NCBI GenBank assembly: GCA_023150835.1
Contig: JAKLKB010000015.1
Coordinates: forward strand, 1-64,000
Origin: Myxococcota bacterium
GTDB lineage: Bacteria > Myxococcota_C > UBA6777
Direction of reading: 5' to 3'
Length of the DNA stretch: 64,000 bases
The position numbers were made by a program, and so were the translations under genes. Position 1 is the stretch's first letter, and every line of letters starts with the position of its first letter. Below the pieces are notes generated by a model that was given only the letters and a program-made list of their open reading frames with translations, had not been told where the DNA came from and searched no databases. Shown one piece after another: positions 17,805 to 26,463 of this stretch.

Positions 17805-18500
17805 TTAAAACCAGCTTTCAGGGACATAGATCATGTCACCCGGGCGCAGATAGCGGTTGAGAAATCGGCGGCGATCGAACGAATCAAGAGGGATGCGATA
17901 AATTCGGCGCTGTCCATTTTCAAGCGTGCGCATCAAACGGGTGTCGTTTCGTGCTGCGCGGCGACCAAATCCCCCAGCGATAGCGATAATTTGGATCACG
18001 GTGAGGCCGGGTGTGTAGTCAAAACGACCGGGTTTATTGACTTCCCCAAAAACAAAGATCTTTTTGGAATTAAACTCCGTTACTTTGACAACGACGGAAG
18101 GACGGCGTTTTAGAAAGTGCTTGAAGAGTCCATCGGAGATCTCTTGGCGGATCCGCCCGGGGGTTTTTCCACAGATGCGCACCGTTTCAAGCAACGGCAC
18201 TTGAATCGTGCAATCGGGGTACACCTGAAAGGTTCCTTCGATATCTTCATTGTACACTTTGATGTACAGCGTATCGCCTACATCCAAATGGAAGTAAGAA
18301 AGATCGAATTCGGTTGGGTTAGAGGGCTGCGTTTTTTGTGGGTTTCGCCCTGCGACGGGGAGGGGATCTTTTTGGGTTTGCTGAGTGTTGGCGGTACAGG
18401 CCCCAACAAGCACGACAATCGCGGGAAAAGCCAAAAAGACAGGATGGATAAAAAGGCGGAAAAGGCGGAAAAATCTCAAAAAAAAGAAAAAACTGTTCAT
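17805..18500 (-). CDS. Short OPX (Wza-like) polysaccharide export lipoprotein lacking the C-terminal helical barrel
   Basis: Lipobox LVGAC; Poly_export motif LDVGDTLYIKV...IQVPLL; SLBB VFGEVNKPG...AIAGG; ends LRPGDMIYVPESWF. Confidence 0.88.
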   Translation of the reverse strand: MNSFFFFLRFFRLFRLFIHPVFLAFPAIVVLVGACTANTQQTQKDPLPVAGRNPQKTQPSNPTEFDLSYFHLDVGDTLYIKVYNEDIEGTFQVYPDCTIQVPLLETVRICGKTPGRIRQEISDGLFKHFLKRRPSVVVKVTEFNSKKIFVFGEVNKPGRFDYTPGLTVIQIIAIAGGFGRRAARNDTRLMRTLENGQRRIYRIPLDSFDRRRFLNRYLRPGDMIYVPESWF

Positions 18501-18534
18501 GGTTCGGCCTTTGTCAATGTCCCCACCGGCCTGA

Positions 18535-19935
18535 TTACCAAGCGATCTCAGTTTTAAGCGCGGCAGTGATTCGAAAGAATCCGAGGTCAAAGAAGTTTCC
18601 ATCAGCGGTGATCCCGCCGTTGGATTCGCGCCATTCGAGGACGCCTTGCACTCCGAGCGTCCACCATTCAAAGATATACCAATCGAAACTCAAGCCGCCA
18701 TTCACAACAAACTGGTTGGGTGTAGCGTTGCCGTTGGAAGCTGCGATGCGTCCGAAGTTGTATTGAACACCACGGAAATTCGTGGGGATTTGCCCGTATT
18801 GGACATAACCCGCCATCGCGTTGGCCTTCAAAAGGAATCGCGTTGCGAATTGTGCAGCAAAATCAACAACACCGGCCGTCGTATGATAAAAGTTCGTAAA
18901 CATCGAAGGATAAAAGTCGTGAATGAAGCCAGCGCGCAAATACACGGTGGGTGTGAAGTAGTAGGTTAAAGAGATCGACCCCAAAACCATCCCGTAGTTA
19001 TCTTTGGGAACGCTTGGATCGATCCCGCCTGTATCTGCTTCGTTAACGAAGGTGTACCCCCCGCCAATCTTTACTGTAAGCGTCAAGTTGTCGGTAAATT
19101 GACCCAAAAGGCCGATATAGGCTTTGAATGGGTACATTCCTCGGTTCAGTATGCTTGTTCGACCAAGGTTGAGCTGTGGGAAATAATTAACGATATCGAC
19201 GTTGGTTTCGAACAACAAGGCTGTTTTGGGGAGAAACTTCCATTTGACGTTGGCGTAGATGAGTTGGTTGAGAAAGTCCATGTTGGGATCGGGATACAAG
19301 CCGAATCGGATCTGGTAGCCGATATCCGCTGTAAAAGCCTTGCCACCGGGCTGAATGGTCAGTTGGATTTTCGAAGCGTTGTTAAAAGAAAGAAAAGCAC
19401 CACCCCGCTGGGTTCCTGTTTCTGCTTGAAAGAGAAGATAATTGAAGACTTCTTCGGCAGTATAAGTATCGCCGGCGCTGCGACTGAAAAGATTGGAGAT
19501 CAAGAGTTTCACAGGCGCATTTTTGAAAAGTTCCAACGAAAGATCGGCTTTCCCACTTAGCTGATTCAATGGACTAAGCAAGCTGTTGATATAATAGTTG
19601 TAATTCACAAACCCAGCGGCGTTAAAACCAACAGACTCTCCGTTGATCAGCAACTCAAGACCGGGGCGAACGTTAAAGTACGCAGAGTTCACGATCTCGC
19701 TTAATTGAGGAGTGGTACGGGAAGCTGTCGATCGACGAAGCGGGTTTTGATCGAAGCCAAAGTCAAGATACAAGCGGGGGTGAAACTTGCCTTGATCGCC
19801 TAAGAACTTGATACCATCGCCTTTTGCGAGAGTTTCTTTTGTTGAGCCTAGGGCAAAGCACAAGACCAACCATGCAACAACACGCCATCGCGCCAAACGC
19901 GCCCATAGAACAAGACAGCTAGATGCACGCACCAT
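18535..19935 (-). CDS. Outer-membrane beta-barrel protein (EpsX/Wzp-like partner of the short OPX)
   Basis: Signal peptide, many amphipathic aromatic-rich strands, C-terminal W; immediately upstream of the OPX gene. Start uncertain (19935 or 19974). Confidence 0.72.
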   Translation of the reverse strand: MVRASSCLVLWARLARWRVVAWLVLCFALGSTKETLAKGDGIKFLGDQGKFHPRLYLDFGFDQNPLRRSTASRTTPQLSEIVNSAYFNVRPGLELLINGESVGFNAAGFVNYNYYINSLLSPLNQLSGKADLSLELFKNAPVKLLISNLFSRSAGDTYTAEEVFNYLLFQAETGTQRGGAFLSFNNASKIQLTIQPGGKAFTADIGYQIRFGLYPDPNMDFLNQLIYANVKWKFLPKTALLFETNVDIVNYFPQLNLGRTSILNRGMYPFKAYIGLLGQFTDNLTLTVKIGGGYTFVNEADTGGIDPSVPKDNYGMVLGSISLTYYFTPTVYLRAGFIHDFYPSMFTNFYHTTAGVVDFAAQFATRFLLKANAMAGYVQYGQIPTNFRGVQYNFGRIAASNGNATPNQFVVNGGLSFDWYIFEWWTLGVQGVLEWRESNGGITADGNFFDLGFFRITAALKTEIAW

Positions 19936-20339
19936 AGTACATTTCCCATCACGATATCTTGAGAATGCGAACAAACCGTCGCATCAAGAGCCAACCATAG
20001 CCACAAGCAATAAAAACGGTTGCGAGCAAGAAGCCAAAACGGCCCCTTCCTTGACTTGGGACGCTCGGTATACACAAACCTATCGGAATTATCACAGAAG
20101 CGTTGCAGTTCCAAGAACAAGTTGCTTTTTTATACAACAGCGCGCCTTAGAACACAAATCATCGGCCCATGTCAACAAGCGACAAAAGAGTCCCTGTCAA
20201 CACAGTTCCAAAACAAAAGAGATTCGGAAAAAACAGGAAGGGCGTAGCACGAAACAAAGACAAAAGCAAGGACTCGATAGAACAAAAGGTGAGAAAAATG
20301 AACGAAGGGAGAAGAGGGGACACAAAGGGGAGAGCGGTG

Positions 20340-21776
20340 TTAACGAGAGGGAGAGAACACAAAGGGAAGAACGATGTTCACGGCTTCGCCTTCGGGTTTG
20401 GGGAAAGACCAGCGTTGTGCAGTGCGTTTGACGCAGCTTGCGACGTTGGAGTTGAGGCTATTTTCTTCGATCTCGACGGCGGTGACGCGACCGGTGAGGG
20501 CAATGGTGATACGGATGCTGATCTTGCCTTTAAGATCGGGGTTGTTTTTGAGTTCGCGTTCGTAGCAAGTGCGTATGCCGGATTGATAGAAGCCGATCTT
20601 TTTTCGGAGCGCACCTTGATCGAGGGTACCGCCTTCGGGTTCAAAGTTTTCGATCTTGAGGTTGGCTTTGATGCTGGCGCCACGACGGCCCGTCCCACCG
20701 CCCTTTACGCCATCGCCGCCGGAGGGTCCGCGCAGATCGCTTGCAACGTCCAAGCTACCGCGCTTTCCGCCACCGCCCCGCGATCCGCGCTGAACTCCAG
20801 AGCCATCGTCTACAGCGACGCCTGACGTGCGTTTGAGTGCTTCGTCGAGGTTGCGTTGCATCTCACCGCCACCCGCAAGGACGTCCTTGATCGGGCTGCC
20901 TTCGCCGCCTTTGGCACCGAGCAAACCAAGCACGCTCACACGTGCCAATTTTTCCGCGATCTGTTGGCGACGTGCGGCTGCACGGGCGGCTTTTTCTGAG
21001 TCGCTCAGTTGCTTCACAGGCCCAGTACGCTTAGAAGGGGCCTCGCGTTTGGCCGGCTTTTTCGGGCCTTTTTTCGTTTCGCCCTTCTTCTTGGGATCTT
21101 TGCCGTCTTCGGTGGGTTTTGCTTTAACAGGAACAGGTGGCGGCTGGATGGGGGCGATATACTTTGCAAAGCGATCGGAGATCTGGTTGAGGCTGATCTC
21201 TTGATCGATCGGATAAGTGCGCAAGTATGCGATAAATCCGAGGTGAGCAAGACCAGAGATCACAAGGATCGAAGAGTATACCCAGTCGATGCCCTTGATC
21301 CAACCGCCTTGGATCAAGGCGGGGATCTGGGGCTTTGCAGGAAGCGGTGGTGGGGTCACAAACTGAAACAGCAGCGTTGTGTCGCCAAAAGTCAATTTCC
21401 CGCGAGATTTTTCGCTGAGAGCGACTTGGTACACGGGTACTTTTTTCTTTTGGCTAGGCTGACCGGGCTTTTCATAATCGACTTGGCCGACTTGTTTGGC
21501 GACACCTTCTTGTTTGAGGGCTTGAAGATCCGCCACACCTGTTCCCAAAGAAAGGCGTCCTGTCATCCATTCTGCGAGGGTAAGGTAGTAGGTATCTTCT
21601 CGGAGTTCAAACAGCGGAAAGCGAGAGGGAAGCCCTGTGGCGGGGATCACAAAGGTATTCCGATTGGAATCGCCCACCGTGACGGGTTCTCGTTTCCGCA
21701 ACAGGCGTTCTTCGATGATCTTCCCGCCTTGGATGATCCCGATACGCAGGATCTTTCTGGTCTGATTCTGTGTCAT
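20340..21776 (-). CDS. gltG: GltG/PglI-like inner-membrane protein with an AgmX/PglI TonB-C-like C-terminal domain
   Basis: N-terminal LRIGIIQGGKIIEERL FHA-like region, single TM, Pro/Lys/Gly-rich linker, C-terminal IRTCYERELKNNPDLKGKI...CV...WSFPKP...PFVF. Confidence 0.82.
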   Translation of the reverse strand: MTQNQTRKILRIGIIQGGKIIEERLLRKREPVTVGDSNRNTFVIPATGLPSRFPLFELREDTYYLTLAEWMTGRLSLGTGVADLQALKQEGVAKQVGQVDYEKPGQPSQKKKVPVYQVALSEKSRGKLTFGDTTLLFQFVTPPPLPAKPQIPALIQGGWIKGIDWVYSSILVISGLAHLGFIAYLRTYPIDQEISLNQISDRFAKYIAPIQPPPVPVKAKPTEDGKDPKKKGETKKGPKKPAKREAPSKRTGPVKQLSDSEKAARAAARRQQIAEKLARVSVLGLLGAKGGEGSPIKDVLAGGGEMQRNLDEALKRTSGVAVDDGSGVQRGSRGGGGKRGSLDVASDLRGPSGGDGVKGGGTGRRGASIKANLKIENFEPEGGTLDQGALRKKIGFYQSGIRTCYERELKNNPDLKGKISIRITIALTGRVTAVEIEENSLNSNVASCVKRTAQRWSFPKPEGEAVNIVLPFVFSPSR

Positions 21777-21850
21777 GATAGAGATCCTCTTCCGCCGAAG
21801 GCGAATTGGCGACACAACGCACGAGAGATCGGGACAACACCTCGTCGTCC

Positions 21851-22405
21851 TCAACCACCCTTTTTCACAACAGCAAACTTAAACTTCGAAAACTCCGCTT
21901 GGCCCGCCGTGTACATCACTTCGGAAAGCAAGCGGAAACTCATATCTTGATCGGCGACGATCGTCACTTCCCCCTTGAAGGCAGCGCTGGGGTTGTATTT
22001 GGCGATCTTCTTCTGTTTTTGGACGTCTTCTTTGAGCTCTTTGAACAGAGGCGTGATCAAATAAGACGACGCTTGTTTATCTTTCTTCAGACTGGGGTCG
22101 ACCGTATTTTTCACCACGTCGCACACTTTTTTCCGATTGACCATGATGATCCTTTTCGTCACGGCGATGGTGGTGGTGTGCTTCACCTCGAGTTTGGTAC
22201 TTGACTGAGGCAGGGTATGTTCTTTGGATTGCGGGACGTCGACAGGTGAGGTGGAGTAGTTCATCAAAAGGTAGATCAGCACGTTGACGAAGATGTCCAT
22301 CAACGACGTCATGTTTAGCTCGGCTTTTTTGGCCAAAGCGGCGTCACGCTCGGCTTTCTTCTGGGCTTTTTGATGTTTTCGTTTTTCTTCTACCGCCGAA
22401 CTCAT
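21851..22405 (-). CDS. aglS: ExbD/TolR family motor subunit (AglS-like)
   Basis: ELNMTSLMDIFVNVLIYLL TM with conserved Asp; C-terminal IVADQDMSF...VMYTAGQAEF. Confidence 0.85.
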   Translation of the reverse strand: MSSAVEEKRKHQKAQKKAERDAALAKKAELNMTSLMDIFVNVLIYLLMNYSTSPVDVPQSKEHTLPQSSTKLEVKHTTTIAVTKRIIMVNRKKVCDVVKNTVDPSLKKDKQASSYLITPLFKELKEDVQKQKKIAKYNPSAAFKGEVTIVADQDMSFRLLSEVMYTAGQAEFSKFKFAVVKKGG

Positions 22406-22594
22406 CGTTCGTTCTCCTTTGTATCATCGTTGTGCTGCGACCTTTGTCACCGATACCACACAAAAGTTTCAAGCTTTTTTTGGGGTTCACATCTTGTGTG
22501 GTTTGGGTGTTTCGCGTGGCTCTGCGAAGCCAAAGACAAACAAGACTTGATCATCTGCGTAGGGTTAGATTCGATCGAGGCCGAGAAGGATGGT

Positions 22595-23122
22595 TTAGAG
22601 CACGCCTGCGCTCAAAACCACTTCGGGAAACATTTCTTTGTCTGCCGTTTTGCCTTCGCGGCTATGGTCCATCACATCAATGATGTTCGAATAACGGATC
22701 TCGGGTTCCGCCATGATGATGATGCGCTTTTCATCGGGAAAGACTTCTTTGATGGTTTGGAGGCATTGCTTCAAAACAGGCAAGTTGTGTTTGTCGCCGA
22801 TCTTTTTCACGGTGGGGAGTTTGGCCTCGGTAGCTTCGCCTTTGAGGTCGCAGCCTTCGGGGATTTTTTTCCCTCGGGTCAAGATCGTCAAGCCTTTTTC
22901 TGTGATGCTGACCGTCAAATTCAGCGGTGGCTTTTCGTCTTTTTTCTTGGGTTCACTGCTGGAGGCTCCCCCGCCGATCTTGGGGGCTGCGACGTTGATC
23001 ACGCCGATCTTGATGAACTCGGTGCTCATGATCAAAAAGGGGATCAAGAGCATGATGATGTTCATCAAGGGCATGATATTGATTTCTTCGGTGGCGTCTT
23101 CTTGGCGTATTTTCTTTCCCAT
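22595..23122 (-). CDS. aglQ: ExbD/TolR family motor subunit (AglQ-like)
   Basis: EEINIMPLMNIIMLLIPFLI TM; FPDEKRIIIMAEPEIRYSNIIDVMD...MFPEVVLS; AGGAG RBS. Confidence 0.82.
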   Translation of the reverse strand: MGKKIRQEDATEEINIMPLMNIIMLLIPFLIMSTEFIKIGVINVAAPKIGGGASSSEPKKKDEKPPLNLTVSITEKGLTILTRGKKIPEGCDLKGEATEAKLPTVKKIGDKHNLPVLKQCLQTIKEVFPDEKRIIIMAEPEIRYSNIIDVMDHSREGKTADKEMFPEVVLSAGVL

Positions 23123-23228
23123 ACGGGATCTCCTTATGACGAGCAGGATCTTTGTGAAGCAAAGATACAAACGACACAAAGCAGGCGCGGAGGGGCCTGC
23201 TTTGTGATGCAACTAGGCACGGAAAGGC

Positions 23229-23879
23229 TTAGCGATCAAGCGGGTTGGACTGGCCTTTGGCGCGGTTGAAGAGCAAGTTTTGGAGTTTGGTGGTGTATTC
23301 GTCGATCTCGTCGATGATCTTTTTGGTGATCGCGCCGAGCATTGCGTGTGCAACGAGACAAGGGATTGCAGCCACAAGACCAAACGCTGTCGTGTTCAAC
23401 GCGATGGAGATGTATTGCGCGAGCAGTTTGGATTTTTGGTCCGCAGAGGCTTTGTCAAGGGCCTTGAACGCTTCGATCAGACCGAAGATCGTACCAAGGA
23501 GGCCCAACATGGTTGCGACGTTGGCGGTGGCTTGGAGCAGGTTGGTGCGTTTTTGAAGTTTCGGGATGACTTCGAGCGAGGCTTCTTCGATGGCGTTGGA
23601 GATCTCGACTTCGCCTTTGTTTGCGCGAGTCAGGCCCGCTTTCACCACTTTGGGAAGAGCAGCGGAAGGAGCGGCGTTACAAAGTTTGATCGCACGATCG
23701 ATGTTGTTGGCAAGGACCAGTTTTTGGATTTGGGCCATGAAAGCAGCGCCGTTGATGTTGTATTTGAAGAACAAAAAGATGAAGCGCTCGATCGTCAGAC
23801 CGATACCAAAGATCAGGGCGATCGCGATGGGGTGCATAAAGATGCCGCCTTCAACATAGAACTGTTTTAATTCGGACAT
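23229..23879 (-). CDS. aglR: MotA/TolQ/ExbB family proton channel (AglR-like)
   Basis: GGIFMHPI, IDRAIKLC, ANVATMLGLLGTIFGLI, ALNTTAFGLVAAIP; GGAGG RBS. Confidence 0.9.
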   Translation of the reverse strand: MSELKQFYVEGGIFMHPIAIALIFGIGLTIERFIFLFFKYNINGAAFMAQIQKLVLANNIDRAIKLCNAAPSAALPKVVKAGLTRANKGEVEISNAIEEASLEVIPKLQKRTNLLQATANVATMLGLLGTIFGLIEAFKALDKASADQKSKLLAQYISIALNTTAFGLVAAIPCLVAHAMLGAITKKIIDEIDEYTTKLQNLLFNRAKGQSNPLDR

Positions 23880-24068
23880 AGATCCACTCCTCCTGAGTAT
23901 TGTGAGTGCTTGGTTAGTGGTTTCAAGACGCCACTTGGGTTGTTCTTTCAGAGTCGCCCGCAAAACCGAGTGCGACTCGATAAGCAGCATAGGATCAGAG
24001 CGGGGGGATGTTTGTGTGGGTGAAAAAGCCCAAAAACAAACAGATTCCACACCCAACAAGAGGTTGCC

Positions 24069-24335
24069 TTAAAACGGTGTTTTTTTGACCGCGTTGATCA
24101 CTTTCTTCACGAAGCTTTCGTTGCGTTTGAAGCCCTCGTAGTTGAGAGGGGCGCGGTTGAGTACGTAAAACGCTTGGGGCTTTTGGATACGCCCAACGAT
24201 CTTGACGTCGGAGATGCGGATCACACGGCCACCTGTGCGCTTTTGAGCGCAGACCGTCGTACTTGCGGGCAGCAGCATAAAGGATAGCGTTGTGCTGAGC
24301 AAGAGCGTTTGTGCGAAACGTCGAAAAAATTGCAT
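24069..24335 (-). CDS. gltF: Small exported GltF/CglF-like protein (88 aa)
   Basis: Signal peptide, then IVGRIQKPQAFYVLNR...ESFVKKVINAVKKTPF, the typical short CglF-type ending. Confidence 0.75.
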   Translation of the reverse strand: MQFFRRFAQTLLLSTTLSFMLLPASTTVCAQKRTGGRVIRISDVKIVGRIQKPQAFYVLNRAPLNYEGFKRNESFVKKVINAVKKTPF

Positions 24336-24988
24336 CACGCAGCCTCTTTTCGCGGATATATCCGCGTTTGATGCGAACGATCCAAGATCGCCATTTGCTT
24401 TCGATGCAAAGCGCGGTGTTGTTGTTCGTAGGGATGCTGGCTTGTTCGCATGGTTTGCATGGTTTGTGTGTTGGGGTGGAAGGGGCCGCCCGAAAGGAGG
24501 AAAAAGCAACGCAGTGGACCTTTTCTTCGAGCAGAGAGCCAATCCACGGAAAGAAGGCAGGAGAGGAGATGTATTGGAAGCATTCCACACAAGCGGGTTG
24601 TTTGGTTGTGTGGTAGCGAAAACAATCGCTCGGCTACCGATATCACTTTGTCGTGTCATCCAATCCATCGTCCCCATTTGCGGGGTTACGGCCCTATCGG
24701 AGGGCAGCTTGAGGCGAAGAATCTTTTCTGTACCAACGCACAAAAAAGACTTGTTTCTCCCCTTGTATCGGGGAGTTTCCGTTTTTTTGGGCACACGTCG
24801 GCGATGATGCGATATCTGGGGTTGAAAGTCAAGGAACACTTTTCGCTTTTGCACGCCTCGCCCCGCCCCACCGCCAAAGGCAAACAGTCGAGGCGAGCCA
24901 AAACGACGGAGCCTAGGCGCGGAATCCACACGGTTCAGAGAAGTTGGCCCATCGAAAAGCATCGTAGGTGGCTCGTATTCGCTTGATG

Positions 24989-26359
24989 TTATCGACGTTT
25001 TGGAGGTTGTTTTGTTTTGCGGAGGCGGGCGCGTTGGATGCTTTTGATCGTGGAGTCGAGGCGTTTGCGGAGGCTGGCGATCTGTTTGTTGGCATCGGCA
25101 AGATAGCGATGAGCGGGAGCATCCGATGCGACACCACTTTTTTGGTTGATGTAGGCTTGGAGATGGTAGGCTGCGGTAGAAAAGCGGGAGATGCCGTCCA
25201 TGATGGCGACGATGCGTTTTTCGCTTTGAACATCGGGAGGGGCTTCGCGCAGAAAGCGGTCGGTCGGCATCGCACGTTGGATGCGAAGATCGCGATCGAG
25301 ATGCAAGATCCCCATATTGTAGTGCGCATCAACATAAGAGGGATTGTCTTGCAAGAGCTTTTGAAAGACTTCGAGAGACTCTTTGTATTGTTGCGATGCG
25401 TTCAAGACGATGCCGTAGTTCAAGCGGGCCTCCCACATTCGCGGCGCAAGGTCCACCGCAGCACGAAAGTGAGGGACGGCTTCGCGCAACTTGCCCCGTT
25501 CAAGCAACAAAACACCAAGAAAGTTATGTGCTTCGGGAAACTCGTGGCGCAGTTTGACCGCTTTTTCAAGAAAAGTGATCGCGGAGCTTACATCGTTGAG
25601 CTTTTTGTATGCAAAGCCCAGATAATACAAGGGTTCTGCAAAGGTTTTGTCGGCATCTGCCGCCAACGTAAACGCCGTTCGTGCCAGTTCGAATTTTTCT
25701 TGCTTGTACCAGATCAAGCCGAGGTTCAGGATGGCTTGGGCATTTTTTTCATCTTTTTGGCGAAGGGTGCGCGCCATCTGTTCTGCGCGGCTGAGTTGGC
25801 CTTGTTGGATGTAGAGATAGACGAGCGCGTTTTGGAAGGCCAGCTCTTGTGGAAACGAGCGGGACTTGTCCGCGATCAGCTCCATCGCTTCGCTGGTTCG
25901 GCCTTGTCGCAGATGCACGCGCATCAAGTTCATCGCAGCCGGCACGAAGTCTGGCTTGATCCGCAGCGCGTTGGTGTAGGCTGTTCGGCTACCCATCGGG
26001 TTGTTCAAGCGATCCTGCAAGACACCGATGTTGTACCAAGCTTTGTGATTTTTCGGATCGTTTTGTAAGACTTGTTCGAGTTCTTTGAGCGCTTGCAACG
26101 GATCTTGTTTGGCAGCATCCAACGCGGCTTTGAAGCGCTCTTTGGAGCCTTCTTGTGGATCTGCGGCTTTGACAGGTTCAGGTTCGGGTGAAGCTTCGGG
26201 GATCTCTTCGGTCGTTCCGCCATCTGCGCTTGCAACAGCACCACCTTCTGCGTTGAGTGTTTCATCTTGCTTGACCACCGTTTGGTTTGGGCAGCCGACC
26301 AAGACGACCGTCCCCAACCACGCGCTCAACCAAACTACCCACCATCCAACATGACGCAT
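24989..26359 (-). CDS. gltE: TPR lipoprotein (GltE/AglT-like)
   Basis: Lipobox VLVGC; serial TPRs (AWYNIG, AILNLG, AHNFLG, ARLNYG, AHYNMG); position between gltD-like and gltF-like genes. Confidence 0.8.
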   Translation of the reverse strand: MRHVGWWVVWLSAWLGTVVLVGCPNQTVVKQDETLNAEGGAVASADGGTTEEIPEASPEPEPVKAADPQEGSKERFKAALDAAKQDPLQALKELEQVLQNDPKNHKAWYNIGVLQDRLNNPMGSRTAYTNALRIKPDFVPAAMNLMRVHLRQGRTSEAMELIADKSRSFPQELAFQNALVYLYIQQGQLSRAEQMARTLRQKDEKNAQAILNLGLIWYKQEKFELARTAFTLAADADKTFAEPLYYLGFAYKKLNDVSSAITFLEKAVKLRHEFPEAHNFLGVLLLERGKLREAVPHFRAAVDLAPRMWEARLNYGIVLNASQQYKESLEVFQKLLQDNPSYVDAHYNMGILHLDRDLRIQRAMPTDRFLREAPPDVQSEKRIVAIMDGISRFSTAAYHLQAYINQKSGVASDAPAHRYLADANKQIASLRKRLDSTIKSIQRARLRKTKQPPKRR

Positions 26360-26463
26360 CTTCTATCCTCTCAGCGCTTGTGCGCATCGAAACGTCCACC
26401 ACACGGGGAGTTTCGCATCCAAGCTGATCTTCGTTTGGCTTTCCAACAGCTCCCATCGTGTCC

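Noticed and set aside
24876-24935. c-di-GMP-I riboswitch-like AAAGGCAAAC motif
   Set aside because: It lacks the GNRA-capped P2 stem and lies antisense to the operon.
23995-24986. ORFs of 170-297 aa spanning the gltE-gltF gap
   Set aside because: No recognisable protein features; only the last 88 codons of the 297-aa ORF look like a real gene.
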